The notes under the pieces are model-generated. The model searched no databases, was not told the origin of the DNA, and worked only from the letters and a program-made list of their open reading frames with translations. This document shows positions 19,015 through 28,014 of a stretch of 64,000 nt of DNA, one piece after another. Each line of letters starts with the position of its first letter. The stretch's first letter is position 1. The DNA comes from a virus, in the IMG/VR virus record IMGVR_UViG_3300025012_000049, positions 32,304 through 96,303 of that record; one strand, given 5' to 3'. The translations under genes were made by a program, and so were the position numbers.

Positions 19015-19600
19015 TGACACACTCCTTGGAAATTTCAATGACATTATCAGCTATCTCAATTAGTTCCGGTATATGCGTAACCATAATCAATTGTATATTT
19101 AATTCTTTTATCAGTTTTTTCAACATATCTGCTACAGCAGGTAAATGTTCTTTACTGACATTTTTCAACATAGGTTCATCAGCAATTAATATAGGTGGTG
19201 ACTTTTCTAGTATTAACACTAACACATGCAAAGCTAATGCTGCAACATCAATTATACCCCCACCCATTGTATCGGAACGTGGTTCAAGTAATAATCCATT
19301 TTTATTAACATAGAAATGACATTCAGGTTGATCCCGTTTCATTTCAAAGACAATTTTGAAACTATATTCTTCTCCAAAGATACTTTGTAAAGCTAATGTA
19401 ATGGTTTCCTCCATATAACCAATGACATTTTGCTGGGATTGTTGTCCAACATCAATAACTAATCTTTGTATTTTTTCTAAATTTGAAATGGTTTCTTTTA
19501 CTATTTCAATTTTATCCTTGTTACTTTTATAATTGTTGATTGTTAGATTTAATTCGGTATTTTTGCTTTCTAGTATTTTTATAGCTTTATCTAAATTCAT
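18965..19600 (-). CDS. SbcC/Rad50-like ATPase, C-terminal half
   Basis: Coiled coil, signature-like MGGG, Walker B ILIADEP, switch LIMVTH; no Walker A. Confidence 0.85.
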   Translation of the reverse strand: MNLDKAIKILESKNTELNLTINNYKSNKDKIEIVKETISNLEKIQRLVIDVGQQSQQNVIGYMEETITLALQSIFGEEYSFKIVFEMKRDQPECHFYVNKNGLLLEPRSDTMGGGIIDVAALALHVLVLILEKSPPILIADEPMLKNVSKEHLPAVADMLKKLIKELNIQLIMVTHIPELIEIADNVIEISKECVNEKPSLSKARKIRKSQ

Positions 19601-19863
19601 TCCATAAGTCCTTCCTTTCTCATATCAGCAAGCATTTTTTCCGTTCTTTTGGTTATATCTTTTTCTAATATTTCTATTTCCTCTTCTAGTTCCTCCAATA
19701 GTTTTTCAGCATCCTCCAAGGTTTTACATTCATAATCTTCATTTAGTTTTTTCATAAGATGTTTTTTTTCAGCTTCAGACTCCCTTTGTTTTTCTTTTAA
19801 TTGTTCTAACTGATCTTTAATACTCTCTAAACGTTTTCGTTCCTTGACTACATTGATAGCCAT
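19597..19863 (-). CDS. Coiled-coil protein coupled to the SbcC C-half
   Basis: Heptad E/K/L pattern; ATGA overlap with 18965..19600. Confidence 0.55.
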   Translation of the reverse strand: MAINVVKERKRLESIKDQLEQLKEKQRESEAEKKHLMKKLNEDYECKTLEDAEKLLEELEEEIEILEKDITKRTEKMLADMRKEGLME

Positions 19864-19883
19864 AAAATACCTTTCTCCTTATA

Positions 19884-20600
19884 TTAAATAAACAAATCGT
19901 CAAAGAATACTGGATAACGTAATTTAAATTCTTTAAGTAATGGAAGCATGACCTCCACCATTTGTGGATGGGGTTTACCTGTAGTACCCAATGCCCTTTG
20001 TTGCATTATCAAACGCCACTCCCTAAGATTTGCTGTAATACGAATTTTAGTAGCTAAAGAATTAGGAAGGACAGAACGAGCTTCTTGTGCTGTTGCTCCC
20101 ATATTCAGCAACAACATATAGAAGTATTCTGCATAAAGACAAGCAATAAACCATGCGTCAAATTTAGACATTTTCAACATTGTTTCAGATGAAACAAGTT
20201 CCCATTTATTTTTTGAATCATTATAAATAGGAATAGGCAAGTCTACTGCTTTGGTAGGCAGGTCTTCTCTGTTAAAGAAGATGGGGGAAATTACTTTTAT
20301 TTCATTGCCAAATTTATCTTTATTGTATGAGCAGAATCTTGTACTTTCATGGGAAAAAGAACAAATTCTATGACGGACTTGCTCATGTGAAATTCCTCGA
20401 TCATTAATAAAGTCAACAGAAATAATACAATGTTCAAGTGGTGTGTAGTGACCTAGTTTCATTTTGGTTCTGATAAATTCTTCACTATCTCCTTTCGGTT
20501 CTGAAGCATAACAAATACGATAAGCACTTTCAATAATATGTAGCATCTCCTGATAAGACAAAGCTTGTACAATTTCAAATGAAGGATTTAATACTTGCAT
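19884..20600 (-). CDS. thyX: Flavin-dependent thymidylate synthase
   Basis: GHYTPLEH, SHEQVRHRICSFSHESTR and EARSVLP motifs. Confidence 0.93.
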   Translation of the reverse strand: MQVLNPSFEIVQALSYQEMLHIIESAYRICYASEPKGDSEEFIRTKMKLGHYTPLEHCIISVDFINDRGISHEQVRHRICSFSHESTRFCSYNKDKFGNEIKVISPIFFNREDLPTKAVDLPIPIYNDSKNKWELVSSETMLKMSKFDAWFIACLYAEYFYMLLLNMGATAQEARSVLPNSLATKIRITANLREWRLIMQQRALGTTGKPHPQMVEVMLPLLKEFKLRYPVFFDDLFI

Positions 20601-20642
20601 TGTGACTAAATCTCCCTTAATTAAAATAAAGTTTATTGTTTG

Positions 20643-20906
20643 TTACTCAGCTTTTTTTACTTCCTCTAATTTAGTAATAACGTGAATCATTTGCCGTTCA
20701 AAGTTTTTAAAGTTTTTATTAGGTACGCTAAATGGCCCCAATTTAAAAGTAATTAAATCAAGATGTCCCTCAAGAATAGCTTGTTCCTGTTTCTCATATA
20801 TAATAAGGAAGAAGATATGTCTCTTGTGAACATATGTCACAATATCTTTGTTATTATTACTAGAATGTAAGGTATAATCTTTTTCAATCATCTGTTTAAA
20901 TGTCAT
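20643..20906 (-). CDS. Hypothetical protein
   Basis: ATGA overlap with the SbcD-like gene. Confidence 0.5.
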   Translation of the reverse strand: MTFKQMIEKDYTLHSSNNNKDIVTYVHKRHIFFLIIYEKQEQAILEGHLDLITFKLGPFSVPNKNFKNFERQMIHVITKLEEVKKAE

Positions 20907-21823
20907 TTATTTTTCCTTTCTTCAACCTTTGCTAAGATATTTATTAGTAATTCTTTTAATTCATTATCTAAATCATCATCAAGCAACAGCCTGTTTAATT
21001 CTTCCATAAAGGTTGAACTATATTTTCCACTTTGTTTAGATATAGCTTCGATGAATTTCTTTACATTTTCTGAATTATTCTCCTTATTAGCAAGATGCTT
21101 GGAAGATAAAACTTCTGTGAAAGGTTTAGCCGATTTTAAAGGAAATCTTTGAAAAATTCCAGATTTTAAATTTATTAAACAGATGGATGGATTTACTTTA
21201 TCTTCAACATTAATACGAGATACTGGACCGGCATTGATAACCCTTGTATCTTTATATTTAAAACTATAAGGAATGTGCCAATGACCACATAAAATTATCT
21301 CATATTGTTTAGACCAAGAACCAACAACATTAGCAAAAGATATATCATTAGCAATCCAATAATTTGATTGTTCTTGTTCTTTACTAATTACAGCTTTATG
21401 GGATAAAAGAAGTTTAGATTTGTTATTTGTAATTTCTTGATCCCAATCTTGATAATCCCAAGATATACCATAATCATTTTTAAATTCAGAGATATGTTTA
21501 ATGTTGGGGTTATTTTGTAATAACACTCCAAGAGAGGTTTGCTTCCATAGATTTAGCGAATGATAAAGTAAATCATGATTACCAAAAACACAATAAAGAG
21601 GGTTATTTAATTCATTAAGTATTTCTCCAAAACGATTGACAATGGAATTAGCAACAACTGAGACATGAAATAAATCACCACAAGAAATAATAGGGGTATT
21701 TTTATCATTAGCAAATTTGACTATTTCTTCCCACTTATCCCATTGGGTTTCAGTCAAATCATCTAAACGCGCTATTGGGTTTTTTCCGGTAAGGTGTGCA
21801 TCGCCTGCAAAGGTAATTAACAT
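20903..21823 (-). CDS. SbcD/Mre11-like metallophosphoesterase nuclease
   Basis: GDAH, CGDLFH, GNHD, SH and CGHWH motifs. Confidence 0.9.
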   Translation of the reverse strand: MLITFAGDAHLTGKNPIARLDDLTETQWDKWEEIVKFANDKNTPIISCGDLFHVSVVANSIVNRFGEILNELNNPLYCVFGNHDLLYHSLNLWKQTSLGVLLQNNPNIKHISEFKNDYGISWDYQDWDQEITNNKSKLLLSHKAVISKEQEQSNYWIANDISFANVVGSWSKQYEIILCGHWHIPYSFKYKDTRVINAGPVSRINVEDKVNPSICLINLKSGIFQRFPLKSAKPFTEVLSSKHLANKENNSENVKKFIEAISKQSGKYSSTFMEELNRLLLDDDLDNELKELLINILAKVEERKNK

Positions 21824-21841
21824 AATTAATCCTGAAACAAA

Positions 21842-22876
21842 TTAAAGTAATGGGCATTCACAACACATACCCATATTTTTTACCACTTCCTTTTTTTCTT
21901 TTTCTTTGTCTACCAAATCACTTTTTGTTTTGTTTAATTCACTGTTTAAATGTTTAAGTGCTACTGAGGTTTGTTGGACTTCATTATAGGCTGTTACTTG
22001 TTCATTTAAGGCAGGAAGCAATTTTAGAATTTGCTTTGTTTCAGATAGATAAGATTCAAGAATTGTTGCTGGAATGTTCTCAGTGTCTTTCAACTTATCC
22101 AATATGTCAACAAGATTTTGCTGCTGCTGAATATTTTCTTCAAAAGTCTTTATAAATTGCAGGGTTTCCTTTATATATGACAGGTATTGTTCAATATCAC
22201 ATTTGCTTTTTTGTGTGTCCAATTTTTTTACTTTGGAAACTATTTCTTGTATGTCTGATATTTGTTCTTGTAATTCTTCTAATTGATTTTGTTTTCCTTT
22301 AGTATTTCTAGCTTGTAGTAATAAACTAACAACTGGTCTAAGTTCTTTTATTTTCCTTTTGTTATCATAGTTGTTTTCTTGCAAGCGTTTTAATTCAGAT
22401 TTACTGTCTGATAATCTGGCTTTTATTTCTTTTATAATCTCTTCCTGTTCTTCCAGACCTGTTGATACTCCCAACTGTTTTGCGGCATTTCCAGAGGTAT
22501 TTAAAATCAGAAAATGACCATCTAATTGTTTATGCCAGTTGATGGTTTTTAAAGGAAACAGTTTACGGATAGGTTGAGGAACGTCTTTATTGAAAGCTTT
22601 GAATAATTCTCCATTTAAATAATATTTTTTCTTTTTACGTTTAATAATGTTACCTTGGAAATCTTCAACAATTATTTCCATAGGTTGTTTGGAATTATGT
22701 TTATGAAATATTTTATCTGCTCCCCTTGGTAAGTTTTCAAGAATTAAATAAAGTGCTCTAACAATAGCTGATTTACCTTGATCGGTTTCACCAATGATAG
22801 CATTAATACCTTTGGTGAAATTTAATTGTTTTTCTTTGTGTTTCTGAAAGTTTTTAACAATCAGTTTTTTTAACAT
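21842..22876 (-). CDS. SbcC/Rad50-like ATPase, N-terminal half
   Basis: KNFQKH, Walker A GETDQGKS, Q-loop, coiled coil, ends CCECPLL. Confidence 0.88.
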   Translation of the reverse strand: MLKKLIVKNFQKHKEKQLNFTKGINAIIGETDQGKSAIVRALYLILENLPRGADKIFHKHNSKQPMEIIVEDFQGNIIKRKKKKYYLNGELFKAFNKDVPQPIRKLFPLKTINWHKQLDGHFLILNTSGNAAKQLGVSTGLEEQEEIIKEIKARLSDSKSELKRLQENNYDNKRKIKELRPVVSLLLQARNTKGKQNQLEELQEQISDIQEIVSKVKKLDTQKSKCDIEQYLSYIKETLQFIKTFEENIQQQQNLVDILDKLKDTENIPATILESYLSETKQILKLLPALNEQVTAYNEVQQTSVALKHLNSELNKTKSDLVDKEKEKKEVVKNMGMCCECPLL

Positions 22877-22887
22877 TTGTATTCTCT

Positions 22888-23091
22888 TTAATTTTTAAAG
22901 TATTTTTGAATAATATCATCAATTATTTCATTAACAATATTTGTTTTATCAATTATGAATTGTTGTTGTGATAAATTATTAGCAAAAAGAAGAAGAAATA
23001 AAGCTATTGCTGCTTCAATACTTGTTGTATAACCAAACCAAATAAAAGATGGTACACCTACAATTAATGCCACAATATCTCTTGCTTTCAT
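22888..23091 (-). CDS. Small two-TM membrane protein
   Basis: Two hydrophobic segments. Confidence 0.5.
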   Translation of the reverse strand: MKARDIVALIVGVPSFIWFGYTTSIEAAIALFLLLFANNLSQQQFIIDKTNIVNEIIDDIIQKYFKN

Positions 23092-23288
23092 TTTTCCCTT
23101 TCTTTTTCCCAAATAGGCCACCATACATAATATTTAGTTGCCCAATGTAATCCTTCCATACAACCTTTACAACCACTAGCATTCTGTCTTCTACGCTCTG
23201 CACAACGTTTCAAAGGGAAATTTGGTTTTCCTTTATTTACTTTATAATTTATTTTTTCTATATCTGGACAAACTATTTCATTTTTCAT
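23088..23288 (-). CDS. Cys-rich hypothetical protein
   Basis: CPD...RC...CKGC; ATGA overlaps. Confidence 0.5.
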   Translation of the reverse strand: MKNEIVCPDIEKINYKVNKGKPNFPLKRCAERRRQNASGCKGCMEGLHWATKYYVWWPIWEKEREK

Positions 23289-23539
23289 TTGTGTAAAGAA
23301 ATAACTTTAGAATCAAACTCTTCTTTTTGTTTATTTTCAAAATGTTGTATTGCATCAGCTTCAGGTTTACCACACTCTAAACATACCAAACCAATTACTT
23401 TAAGAACACCTTCACTACCATCAGGACTTTGTAATTTAGAAACAAACTTCAATCTGGTAATTTGTGAAAATAAAATAGAACCACACGGGCAAGAAATATC
23501 TTTCAAATTATTTACATCGAATTGCATTTTTTGATTCAT
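23285..23539 (-). CDS. Zinc-ribbon protein
   Basis: CPCGS...CLECG. Confidence 0.55.
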   Translation of the reverse strand: MNQKMQFDVNNLKDISCPCGSILFSQITRLKFVSKLQSPDGSEGVLKVIGLVCLECGKPEADAIQHFENKQKEEFDSKVISLHK

Positions 23540-23540
23540 G

Positions 23541-23897
23541 TTACTTTCTCCTTAGTTTAATTTTATTATTTTTCTTTATCATCCAATATGGGTATAACAC
23601 TTTAAATTTAAACCATTCTCCAACTGTAATAAGATGTTGTAAATAAACTGCTGAAGGAAGTTGAGTCTCTCCAAATTCTGAAAATATAGTTATTTTAAGT
23701 TTAAAATCATTAGGTGGCATCCTTTCTTTATAATGATATTTTTTATTGTTTTCTAGTGGTGGTAATTTTTTGAACTGTTCATCATAAAACAATAATCGTT
23801 TATCGAGAAAATTATGAAAAGCATCTGCACCTTTATATTTTTCTTTTTTAAATAATTTAATCCTTTTTGGTTTTTTCTTCAGTATCAATTTTTTCAT
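23541..23897 (-). CDS. Hypothetical protein with basic N- and C-terminal tails
   Basis: MKKLILKKKPKRIKLFKK...KIKLRRK. Confidence 0.55.
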   Translation of the reverse strand: MKKLILKKKPKRIKLFKKEKYKGADAFHNFLDKRLLFYDEQFKKLPPLENNKKYHYKERMPPNDFKLKITIFSEFGETQLPSAVYLQHLITVGEWFKFKVLYPYWMIKKNNKIKLRRK

Positions 23898-24351
23898 ATT
23901 CTTCTTCTTTTTTATATTTTAGCCATGCTTTATAGAAAATTGTTTCAAATAACAAACTACTGAAAGGAATATAATTCTCATTGAAACCATCAGTAATTTG
24001 TTTAATTTTAGTAAAGGTGGAAATACTACCTGTTTCTAAATAACAATCTGGATAAAGCTCCACATGAAAATAACCTAGTTTTTCCGAAAACACTTCTATA
24101 TCAGTTTTATATATGTCTTGCCAAGGAAGAACTGTTACCAATTCTTTTTTTCTTTTATTAATAATTACTTTAACAATTTGGGTATCAGACAAATGAACAT
24201 AAGCCATTGTTCTTGTTTCAGTTAATTTTTTGAAATATTGAATTTTCTTAGTATCCTGAATAGCTTTTATAATTTCTTTTTTAGAAGCAATATCAGGATG
24301 GATTCTTTCCAGATAACGTTGATTAGCATGATTGTTTTTAAATATATTCAT
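23857..24351 (-). CDS. Hypothetical protein (HAxxRxxER motif, RelE-like fold possible)
   Basis: HANQRYLERI N-terminal motif. Confidence 0.45.
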   Translation of the reverse strand: MNIFKNNHANQRYLERIHPDIASKKEIIKAIQDTKKIQYFKKLTETRTMAYVHLSDTQIVKVIINKRKKELVTVLPWQDIYKTDIEVFSEKLGYFHVELYPDCYLETGSISTFTKIKQITDGFNENYIPFSSLLFETIFYKAWLKYKKEEEYEKIDTEEKTKKD

Positions 24352-24353
24352 GA

Positions 24354-24551
24354 TTATTTTTCCAATTCAAAAATGGCTAGACCATCTTCTTCATATCTAG
24401 TACGATAGAAAATTTTAATTTTATTATCTAAACAAAATAATCTGATTGCATCAATACCTTTTTGCACAGGTAGAATTGTATCTGCAAAGCCTTCTTCCCG
24501 CACAATTATTCTTTCTCGATTTATCTTTTTTTCTTCTGAGAATATAGACAT
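24354..24551 (-). CDS. Hypothetical protein
   Basis: Tightly packed in operon. Confidence 0.5.
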   Translation of the reverse strand: MSIFSEEKKINRERIIVREEGFADTILPVQKGIDAIRLFCLDNKIKIFYRTRYEEDGLAIFELEK

Positions 24552-24556
24552 TTTAT

Positions 24557-24754
24557 TTAGTCCTTTTGAATTATTTCCACGATCATCTTATATTTATTAG
24601 TGTCACCCAAAATATTTGGCTCTATTGTTCTGATTGACCAATTAGTTTTACCATATTTTACATCCAGATAATTTTCAACATTACGTCTATTTAAAATAGT
24701 TGGTTCATACTCAATATCTAATATTTTTACATTTTTTTCAGAAAGTATTTTCAT
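24557..24754 (-). CDS. Hypothetical protein
   Basis: AAGGA RBS; tightly packed. Confidence 0.5.
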   Translation of the reverse strand: MKILSEKNVKILDIEYEPTILNRRNVENYLDVKYGKTNWSIRTIEPNILGDTNKYKMIVEIIQKD

Positions 24755-24757
24755 AGG

Positions 24758-25249
24758 TTATTCCTTGTCGAGTTCGCGGAGAGCGTTAATTAATTGTAAA
24801 TCGTACCAATCATCATCATTTAAAGTTACAGCTATCGGTTTTACTGCTTCAACCACCCTCTCGTACTTGACAAGAAGGGCTTCGGCTTTCTCAGATCGTT
24901 TGTTTGCAGAAATAACATTACTGTTATCGCTATTCCCCTGTACCCATATCATTGCATTTAAACTGACAATTTTCTCGCTCGCTTCTGCCAATTCGGTTTC
25001 AAGACTGGCAATAATTGTAGATAGGTCAATAATGTGCATTTGTAGTGTATCTGTTTCAGCTTGTTTAAGCATATCAGATTGCTGTGATCTCACTAATTGA
25101 GACTCTGCAAGTTCAGCACGGAGTTGGTCGATGACACAGTGTGGGCATTTAGTTGGGTTTCTAGCATTATCAACGCTGTCAATGAACCGCCAGTTGTGTT
25201 TTTTACACTGCCTAAATAGGCTGTATTTTTTCACGTCTTCCTCTGTCAT
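24758..25249 (-). CDS. Hypothetical zinc-finger/coiled-coil protein
   Basis: CKKH...CPHC then coiled coil; likely start ATG 25249; locally higher GC. Confidence 0.5.
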   Translation of the reverse strand: MTEEDVKKYSLFRQCKKHNWRFIDSVDNARNPTKCPHCVIDQLRAELAESQLVRSQQSDMLKQAETDTLQMHIIDLSTIIASLETELAEASEKIVSLNAMIWVQGNSDNSNVISANKRSEKAEALLVKYERVVEAVKPIAVTLNDDDWYDLQLINALRELDKE

Positions 25250-25263
25250 AACTCTCTTTCTTT

Positions 25264-25503
25264 CTATGTGTTCTGATGATTTATTAATCCACGAATATAA
25301 TTTATTGTGAACCAAATGGATACAGCAAACATTCCCCATAGTTTTTCTGACCAAGTTGAATATAGCCAAAAAGGTTGCCCACATAAACCGCAAATAAAGC
25401 CAAGTTTATGACGTTTACCAGCGAATGCCCATATAGAAGCACCAGACAAAATGAGAATTATTACTTGTGAAATATCTACCATTATTTCAATCCTTATCAT
25501 CAT
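25264..25503 (-). CDS. Small PnuC-like membrane protein
   Basis: GFICGLCGQPFWLY...WGMF; three hydrophobic helices. Confidence 0.5.
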   Translation of the reverse strand: MMIRIEIMVDISQVIILILSGASIWAFAGKRHKLGFICGLCGQPFWLYSTWSEKLWGMFAVSIWFTINYIRGLINHQNT

Positions 25504-25659
25504 TAAATATTGATATCACTCCACAAATAATCAAAATTATAAAAATAGTTGTACCTGTTATTATACCTACAAAACCCAAAGCTGAAGGATGTTTAAAATT
25601 TATAAGATCATAAAAGAAAGCATAAACCCATGCAAAAATTAAAGCATTAATAATTTGTT

Positions 25660-26349
25660 TCATTTTACACCTCGATTTCTTTTATAAACAGTTCTTTTTA
25701 AATTAAAAACTATAAAAGGACATTGATAAATACCATTATCCATTTCTACTGTTTTTATTTTTCCCTTAGTCCACTCAAAAAATTTATAAAGGTTACAAAC
25801 ACTGATAGAAGGAAAACACATATTTTTTGAACAAAAATTCAATGTTAAAAATTCAAAATCAGGATAACCACATTTTCTAATAATGGTATTGAAAATATCA
25901 GAATATAAGGAAATACATGGTTGTTTGTTATTTCTTCTAAAGATTAACATGGGTTCTTTAGAAGCTGCTAGAGCGTCTTTTTCACTTTGTTCCCAAAATT
26001 GATAAAACATAGGCTTACCTTGGTTAGAATCAACCATATCCAAAATATCCCAATTGGTTATTTTAATAACTTCCTTACCATCATGTTTTTTAGCTTTAGA
26101 TTTGGCTTTCTTAGCGTAACCTGTTTTTAGTTCTATAGAAAAGAAATCAGTTAATGGTTTTCCAAGGGGTGACTCGGCTTTAATATCACCAAAGTCATCT
26201 ATTTGAACATCTTTATTTCCCTTTCTTCGCATAGTGGCTCTAGCACCACTTGCAGATGTGCGCCAGAAAGTTGACTCCTCTTTATCTTCTGTGAACCATA
26301 AAGATAATTGTTTACTTATTGACCCTTCAAAGTTTGCTCCTTTTGCCAT
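25660..26349 (-). CDS. Holliday junction resolvase-like PD-(D/E)xK nuclease
   Basis: KGANFE...SASGA...GDI...SIELK motif order. Confidence 0.75.
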   Translation of the reverse strand: MAKGANFEGSISKQLSLWFTEDKEESTFWRTSASGARATMRRKGNKDVQIDDFGDIKAESPLGKPLTDFFSIELKTGYAKKAKSKAKKHDGKEVIKITNWDILDMVDSNQGKPMFYQFWEQSEKDALAASKEPMLIFRRNNKQPCISLYSDIFNTIIRKCGYPDFEFLTLNFCSKNMCFPSISVCNLYKFFEWTKGKIKTVEMDNGIYQCPFIVFNLKRTVYKRNRGVK

Positions 26350-26550
26350 TTATTCCTCCTCCACATTTTTAAGATAACCAAATTCAATACATATATTTCC
26401 AAAAGATAAGCTTATAGAATTTGAATATTTACTAATGGATACAAAGAGTGTTGGCAATAAAAAAATAGTATCTTCCATCTCCTCACTACAGTTGTCAAAA
26501 GCTGTTCTTTGGAAACTTACAAAGATGATATCAAAAATATAAAATTGCAT
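26350..26550 (-). CDS. Hypothetical protein
   Basis: Fills gap on coding strand. Confidence 0.45.
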   Translation of the reverse strand: MQFYIFDIIFVSFQRTAFDNCSEEMEDTIFLLPTLFVSISKYSNSISLSFGNICIEFGYLKNVEEE

Positions 26551-26564
26551 TTTAAATACCTTTA

Positions 26565-27083
26565 TTATTTAATAAATACAGCTTTACCATTTTCAATAAT
26601 TTGACGTTCTGGACAAAATTCATCTATGGCTTTGGTAGCACCATCTAAACAACCATAATCATTAAAGTACATAATTCCACCAATTGTTAAAAAAGGAATT
26701 AAAATTTGAATACAGTTTTTAATACTTTCATATTGGTCACAATCAATATGTGCAAAAGAAATATCAGGAAGAAAAATATCTTTAATTGTTTCTGGAAAAA
26801 ACCCTTTAAATATTCTAGCTTCAGGAACCAATGATTTTACAGTTTCATAAGAACAATCGGAAAAATCACCCACATTATGAAGATCAATTCCTTCAGTTTT
26901 TTCAGGCATACCTTCAAAGGTATCAAATAGCCATAATTCAGTTTTCCTTTCTTTTGTTATCTCATTTAAATAATAAGCTGTTCCACCTTTATAAACACCT
27001 ACTTCAACAAATATACCATTATTAGGCGTTTGTTTGGCATATTTTAAAAGTATGGAAACATTTTCTGGTGATACTAAAGTCAT
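26565..27083 (-). CDS. TylF/MycF-family O-methyltransferase
   Basis: VEVGVYKGG, LFDTFEGMP, FAHIDCDQYES, GGIMYFNDYG; likely start ATG 27083. Confidence 0.85.
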   Translation of the reverse strand: MTLVSPENVSILLKYAKQTPNNGIFVEVGVYKGGTAYYLNEITKERKTELWLFDTFEGMPEKTEGIDLHNVGDFSDCSYETVKSLVPEARIFKGFFPETIKDIFLPDISFAHIDCDQYESIKNCIQILIPFLTIGGIMYFNDYGCLDGATKAIDEFCPERQIIENGKAVFIK

Positions 27084-27087
27084 TATC

Positions 27088-27423
27088 TCATTTGGATTTA
27101 ACATGCAGTTTTCCTTGATGATAGATTGACCAACGAATATCATGTTTATATTCAAAACCATAAACAAAATCTCTGGCTTTTTCTGGCGATTCAAAAACAA
27201 TAAATCCAAATTCTGAATTAGATCCCAACATATATATTTTAAAATTATCTCGTTTCAAAATATTCAATGCCGGTATTTTATCAAAGGCATCTTTAGCATC
27301 AAACAAAACCAATACGGTTATATGGTTATAAAAATAAAGACACCACAATGCCACCAAGTTTTCCAATGAATAAAATTGATAATTGCCACATTCACTGGAT
27401 TTCAATTTTATTTTTGGCATCAT
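27088..27423 (-). CDS. Hypothetical protein
   Basis: Starts MMPKIKLKS; overlaps upstream stop. Confidence 0.5.
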   Translation of the reverse strand: MMPKIKLKSSECGNYQFYSLENLVALWCLYFYNHITVLVLFDAKDAFDKIPALNILKRDNFKIYMLGSNSEFGFIVFESPEKARDFVYGFEYKHDIRWSIYHQGKLHVKSK

Positions 27424-27737
27424 TCATCCTCTGATTCTATATAGAATCTATCATCGTCAATTTTATAAATTTCCTGACCATCTCTAGTAATATAGGGTCT
27501 ACCATTGGTTTCCAGATTAAGCAATTCCTCAGCTAATACAGGTTCATCATTGGGGAGAATAATACCATTATCCTTGTCTACATTGGAATAATAAAAAGAA
27601 TCTTTCTCAGTGTAAATAACTAAATCTTCAGCTTTAGCAGAATTGCTAAAATAAAGAATTATAAAAAGCAATACTAGACCAAGTAAAGTAGTTAGCTGCA
27701 AAGCTGTAATCATACTTTTAATAATTTTTTCTTTCAT
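27420..27737 (-). CDS. Putative exported/membrane-anchored protein
   Basis: Hydrophobic N-terminus ending SAKA, acidic body. Confidence 0.55.
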   Translation of the reverse strand: MKEKIIKSMITALQLTTLLGLVLLFIILYFSNSAKAEDLVIYTEKDSFYYSNVDKDNGIILPNDEPVLAEELLNLETNGRPYITRDGQEIYKIDDDRFYIESEDE

Positions 27738-28012
27738 AGACTTTCTCCTTTTTTAGAGAGAGTATATAAATCGTAATATTCAACATACCTGTTAAAGTCT
27801 TTATCTTTAGAAGTTACTTTTTCTAAGGCACCAACACTGATAAGATTATTGATTGAGTTTTTATTAATACGAATAGCGGTTCCTTTTATTTCATCAATAA
27901 TAACCCACATGAAAGTAAAACGATCCTGTTTCAAATACCATCCTTTTTTCAATTTATCAATTAAATTCCTTTGAGTTTCAGATAGCATATAAGGTTTGAT
28001 TGTTTTATTCAT
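27734..28012 (-). CDS. Hypothetical protein
   Basis: In operon. Confidence 0.5.
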   Translation of the reverse strand: MNKTIKPYMLSETQRNLIDKLKKGWYLKQDRFTFMWVIIDEIKGTAIRINKNSINNLISVGALEKVTSKDKDFNRYVEYYDLYTLSKKGESL

Positions 28013-28014
28013 AA

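Noticed and set aside
26565-27209. ORF-track N-terminal extensions (26565..27209, 24758..25393, 47758..48366, 39387..39647, 57242..57535)
   Set aside because: They overlap neighbouring genes or promoters, and better RBS-linked starts lie downstream
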